A DNA stretch of 64,000 nt, taken from an uncultured delta proteobacterium. Lineage in GTDB: Bacteria; Myxococcota; Myxococcia; Myxococcales; Myxococcaceae. The stretch covers positions 608,001-672,000 of the forward strand of contig CAVQKE010000001.1 in assembly GCA_963713045.1 (NCBI GenBank). Reading direction: 5' to 3'. Below are positions 60,552-64,000 of the stretch, piece after piece. Position 1 is the first letter of the stretch. Each line of letters begins with the position of its first letter. The position numbers were made by a program, and so were the translations under genes. The notes under the pieces were generated by a model, which made no database searches, had not been told where the DNA came from, and saw nothing but the letters and a program-made list of their open reading frames with translations.

Positions 60552-60674
60552 CGCCCTCTCTCCTTTCCCTGCACCTTTCACGAGCGCCAGCGGTGGGGCA
60601 ACACCTTTGCTGCATGCCCGAGCGCCGTCAGCTTGCCACGACTGTCGGGCACGCAGAACTTTGCCCAGACCTCC

Positions 60675-61055
60675 CTAACTGACCGAGACGCGAGCCACCC
60701 CGCGGGCGCGCAGGTAGGCTTCCACCCGCCGACGTTGGTCCCCCTGCAGGACGAGGGCGCCCTCCTCCTCGGCCCCACCGCAACCAAGGCTCCGCTGCAG
60801 CTCCGAAAGCCAGACGAGGCGCTCCGCGGCGGACAGGGTGAGTTGCTCCACCACCGTCACTTCCTTGCCGCGACGGCCCTTTCTTTCAAGGCGCACCACC
60901 GCGCGCGGAGGCGGAGCGCGGGGGTGTGGCGCGGGCGGGGGGCGGGCTGGCTCGCCCACCGGAAGTCCTTCCCGGAGGGACGCGAGGCCGGCCAAGGGGG
61001 TGTGGAAAGCCGCCCCGGGTGAAGGCGGGGCCGGCCGTGGCTTTTTTCGCTTCAC
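60675..61055 (-). CDS. SUI1/YciH translation initiation factor family
   Basis: ERKGRRGKEVTVV, LGCGG, LQGDQR. Confidence 0.9.
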   Translation of the reverse strand: MKRKKPRPAPPSPGAAFHTPLAGLASLREGLPVGEPARPPPAPHPRAPPPRAVVRLERKGRRGKEVTVVEQLTLSAAERLVWLSELQRSLGCGGAEEEGALVLQGDQRRRVEAYLRARGVARVSVS

Positions 61056-62350
61056 CGGTGCGGGGCAGCCGGCGGCGGAAGGGCGGCGAGGGCCGGGGCA
61101 TCCGGATTGCCGGCCGTCATCGCCAGCACATACAGGAAGGGCCCGGAGGGCGGGGCCAGCCGGCCATTGACGGTGATGGTGGGGGTGCCCGTCGGGCGGT
61201 ACAGCATGGCGTAGCGGATGTCCTCGAGGAGGCGCTGCTTTGTCTCCGGGCTGGCCATGCAGCTTTCGAGGGACGGCCGCGTGGCGCTGAGACTGGACGT
61301 CGCAATTTGCAGAATCTTCTCCCGGGTGAGGTCGTTCTGCGCCTCAAACAGCTTGTCGCGCAGCTGCCAAAAGTCCGGCGACTTCTCCAGGCAGATGAGG
61401 GCCAGCGCCCCGTCACAACTCACCCCGCCGGCCGTCGCTTGGACGAAGGGGTTGCAAAGGCCATCCAGCGGCAGGTTCCGCGCTTCCACCGAAAGGCTGC
61501 CCGGCGGGAGAATGGCCCGAAGGCTTTCCAGCACTCCGTTGAAGCGCTTGCAGTGGCCGCAGCGGATGTCCGTCCACTCCACCACTTTGACGGGGGCCGA
61601 AGCCTCGCCCAGGCGGTTGCGCTCCGGAGGCAGGGGCACTGGTGCGGTGTTGAGACGCCAGATGGCGAGGTTGTCGCTGAGTGCTTGGCGTTCCCCGGGC
61701 TCAGCCGCGGCGAGGAAGGCCTCCAGGCCGCCGGGCTTGGCCGTGGCGTTGGCCAGTGGTGAGGGTTGAGGCGCGGTGCGGCCGGGGATGAGGAGCACCA
61801 GGTAGCCGACCAGGGCCACCACTGCCGGGAGTCCGAGCGCCGTCCACCATTCCCCGCCCTGGGGCAGCAGTGGCCGAGGAAGAGCAACCGTGGCCACCAC
61901 GGCGTAGCCCAACACCAGCAGGTAGCTGAGGAGGCAGGTGAGACAGAGCGCGCCGGCCTGATAGCTACCCGCGGCAAAGCCGGCGGCCGACAGGACGCCC
62001 ACCACCGCAGCGACGCGCGAGGCGCCCACCAAGTCCCGCACCGGCTCGGCGCGGCGGGCGCGCACCCACAGCCATGCGGCGCAGGCCGTCGCGACCAGGC
62101 CCCACACCACGCCGAGCGCGGCCACCGGCATGCCCAGGGTGCGGTGGACGGCTTGGGCGAACGGGCTGGTCCACACCGTCTCACAATTCACCGAGGCGTT
62201 CAGGTTGCACACCACCCGGATGCCGGACTCCACCAGGTGCAACTCCCACCACTGGTAACAGGACAGCCCCACCATGGCGAGGCCGAGGAGGAGAAGGGCA
62301 AAGGCCGCTCGCCTGTGGCCAAGGTGCCGACCAACTGGCTTCTTACTCAT
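61052..62350 (-). CDS. VKOR-DsbA/thioredoxin fusion
   Basis: VKOR loop CNLNASVNC, CLTC; DsbA CGHC and GTPT. Confidence 0.9.
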   Translation of the reverse strand: MSKKPVGRHLGHRRAAFALLLLGLAMVGLSCYQWWELHLVESGIRVVCNLNASVNCETVWTSPFAQAVHRTLGMPVAALGVVWGLVATACAAWLWVRARRAEPVRDLVGASRVAAVVGVLSAAGFAAGSYQAGALCLTCLLSYLLVLGYAVVATVALPRPLLPQGGEWWTALGLPAVVALVGYLVLLIPGRTAPQPSPLANATAKPGGLEAFLAAAEPGERQALSDNLAIWRLNTAPVPLPPERNRLGEASAPVKVVEWTDIRCGHCKRFNGVLESLRAILPPGSLSVEARNLPLDGLCNPFVQATAGGVSCDGALALICLEKSPDFWQLRDKLFEAQNDLTREKILQIATSSLSATRPSLESCMASPETKQRLLEDIRYAMLYRPTGTPTITVNGRLAPPSGPFLYVLAMTAGNPDAPALAALPPPAAPHR

Positions 62351-62673
62351 GACTTTCCCGGGTTGGGCGTCATGAAGACGAGGACCCGCGCTTCGCCGGG
62401 CCCGGGGTTGTGCAGCCCATGCCGACTTCCCGCCGGGCAGTGCACCGCCGCGCCGGGTGGCAAGACCGCCTCCTCTCCGTCCAACTGGACGACGGGAGTG
62501 CCTTCCACGCCCAGGTACACCTTGTCCGCCTCTGCGTGGGCGTGGGGTGTCTGCGCCTGCCCTGGCCGCAGGCAGTAGACGTCCAGGAAGAAGCGGGCGG
62601 TGGAGAAGACGTTGTGTTTGCGCAGCTTCTCTGCCGAAGAGTCGCGGAATTGGGAGAGGTGGTGGAGGTTCAT
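62347..62673 (-). CDS. cupin domain protein
   Basis: PGQ...PHAH...DKVY, P.G..H...N. Confidence 0.85.
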   Translation of the reverse strand: MNLHHLSQFRDSSAEKLRKHNVFSTARFFLDVYCLRPGQAQTPHAHAEADKVYLGVEGTPVVQLDGEEAVLPPGAAVHCPAGSRHGLHNPGPGEARVLVFMTPNPGKS

Positions 62674-62702
62674 CTCTAGCAACCTTATATAGCTGGCTGG
62701 CC

Positions 62703-63782
62703 ATGGAAACCCTCGCCCTTCATGCACACCATGCCCGGCTCCACGCCCGCTTCGGAAGCGTCGGGGGACGGGAGGTGGTGCTGCACTACGGGGCCGCTGG
62801 GGACGCTCGCCCCGTGGCGGAGGAAGCAGCCATGCGCGAGGGCGTGGCGGTGGTGGACCTCTCGGCGCGGCAGGTGGTGCGGGTGACCGGGCCGGACCGC
62901 CTCTCCTTCCTGCACGGCATGCTGACGCAGGACGTGCAAGGCACCCCGGACTCCGGGGTGCGCTACGCGGCGCTGCTCACCGCCAAGGGCGGCATGGTGG
63001 CCGATGTGCAGCTGGTGCGGCGCGAGGAGGACGTCCTGCTGTTGGTAGAACCCGGGCTCGCCCCATTGGTGCTGGCCCACTTGCAGCGCTACCTCATCAG
63101 CGAGGAGGCGGAGCTGGCCGACGCCAGCGCAGAATTCGGGCAGTTGGCGCTGGTGGGCCCACGCGGCTGGGCGCTGGCGCGGCGCCTGTTCGGCCTACCG
63201 GGAGAGACCCCACCCACCGCCGATGCCGTGGCCGCCGGCCTGGAGGGGCAGGGCGGGCTGGTGCTGCCCTCGGGCCTGCTGCTTCCCGGGGTGGACGTGC
63301 TGGTCTCGACCGGCGGCCTCGAGACGTTTTTCACCGCGCTGTTGGACAGCGGCGACGAGGACGGCCTCGTCCCTGCAGGCTGGGAGGCACTGGAAGTGCT
63401 GCGGGTGGAGCGCGGTGTCCCGCGCTACGGGGTGGACATGGACGAGCGCACCCTTCCCCTGGAAGCCAACCTCGAGCGGGCCTTGCACTACCAGAAGGGC
63501 TGCTACCTGGGCCAGGAAGTCATCGCCCGCGCCACCTTCCGCGGCCATGTGAATAAGCGCCTGGTGGGGTTGCTCCTCGGTGAGGCCCACCCCGCGCCGC
63601 GCACGGAGCTTTTCCTGGGCGAGCGCAAGGTGGGCTTCGTGACTTCGGTGGTGCCGTCCCAGCGTCTGGGACAGCAGGTGGCCCTCGGCTACGTCCATCG
63701 CGACGCGCTGGCCCCGGGGACGGCGCTGCAGCTGGCCGGGGGCGCCGGGAGCGCCACCGTGCACACCCTCCCCTTCCTGTGA
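62703..63782 (+). CDS. ygfZ: YgfZ/GcvT family folate-binding protein
   Basis: GPDR..FLHGMLTQD, LRVERG.PRYG, KGCYLGQE. Confidence 0.9.
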   Translation: METLALHAHHARLHARFGSVGGREVVLHYGAAGDARPVAEEAAMREGVAVVDLSARQVVRVTGPDRLSFLHGMLTQDVQGTPDSGVRYAALLTAKGGMVADVQLVRREEDVLLLVEPGLAPLVLAHLQRYLISEEAELADASAEFGQLALVGPRGWALARRLFGLPGETPPTADAVAAGLEGQGGLVLPSGLLLPGVDVLVSTGGLETFFTALLDSGDEDGLVPAGWEALEVLRVERGVPRYGVDMDERTLPLEANLERALHYQKGCYLGQEVIARATFRGHVNKRLVGLLLGEAHPAPRTELFLGERKVGFVTSVVPSQRLGQQVALGYVHRDALAPGTALQLAGGAGSATVHTLPFL

Positions 63783-63790
63783 GGCACGCA

Positions 63791-64000
63791 TTGCGCAAAC
63801 CCACCCGCCTGCTGGGGCTGTTGGCCATGGTCGCGCTGGCAGGCGTGGCGGCGGCCACCGAGGATGCCGGGACGACGGCGGCCCCGGGCCTGGTGGGCGT
63901 GCACTGGCGCTGGGTCCACTTCACCCCTCCAGCTGCCGCCCCAGTCGTCCCTCAGCACCCAGAGCGCTATTGGGTGGAGTTTCGCGGGGACGGCGGGTTG
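63791..64000 (+). CDS. exported protein, possibly META domain (5' part only)
   Basis: Signal peptide then LVGVHWRWVHF...PERYWVEFRGDG; runs off the window. Confidence 0.5.
   Translation, partial: MRKPTRLLGLLAMVALAGVAAATEDAGTTAAPGLVGVHWRWVHFTPPAAAPVVPQHPERYWVEFRGDGGL

Noticed and set aside
61052..62704. 550-aa ORF extending the VKOR fusion
   Set aside because: The extension overlaps the cupin gene in another frame; start at 62350

Overview
GC-rich bacterial chromosomal segment. Gene content (Ser/Thr kinase-TPR, DUF3857-transglutaminase-TPR, GAF/HD-GYP, a deltaproteobacterial-type BirA operator) suggests Myxococcota. Most of the window is housekeeping: a bioBFAD operon, radA, rsfS-rlmH, gpmI, tRNA-Pro(CGG), pyk, NFACT, dusB, queF, an IDH/IPMDH-family gene and ygfZ. 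It also carries signalling and redox genes. No integrase, transposase or CRISPR array was seen. The main signals missed by the ORF track are two probable selenoprotein genes with in-frame UGA at catalytic Cys positions. One is a SelW/Rdx-like CxxU protein tandem to its CxxC paralogue. The other is a DedA-rhodanese fusion (C-S-U-P) with a clear SECIS-like hairpin, ending 17 nt upstream of an orphan MacB-type permease. Other hidden elements are a monocistronic 28-aa Lys/Arg-rich peptide gene, a ~245-nt highly structured intergenic RNA candidate, a preQ1-like pseudoknot before queF and a probable CTG start for rlmH. Four genes have single-base frameshifts that look like sequencing errors.
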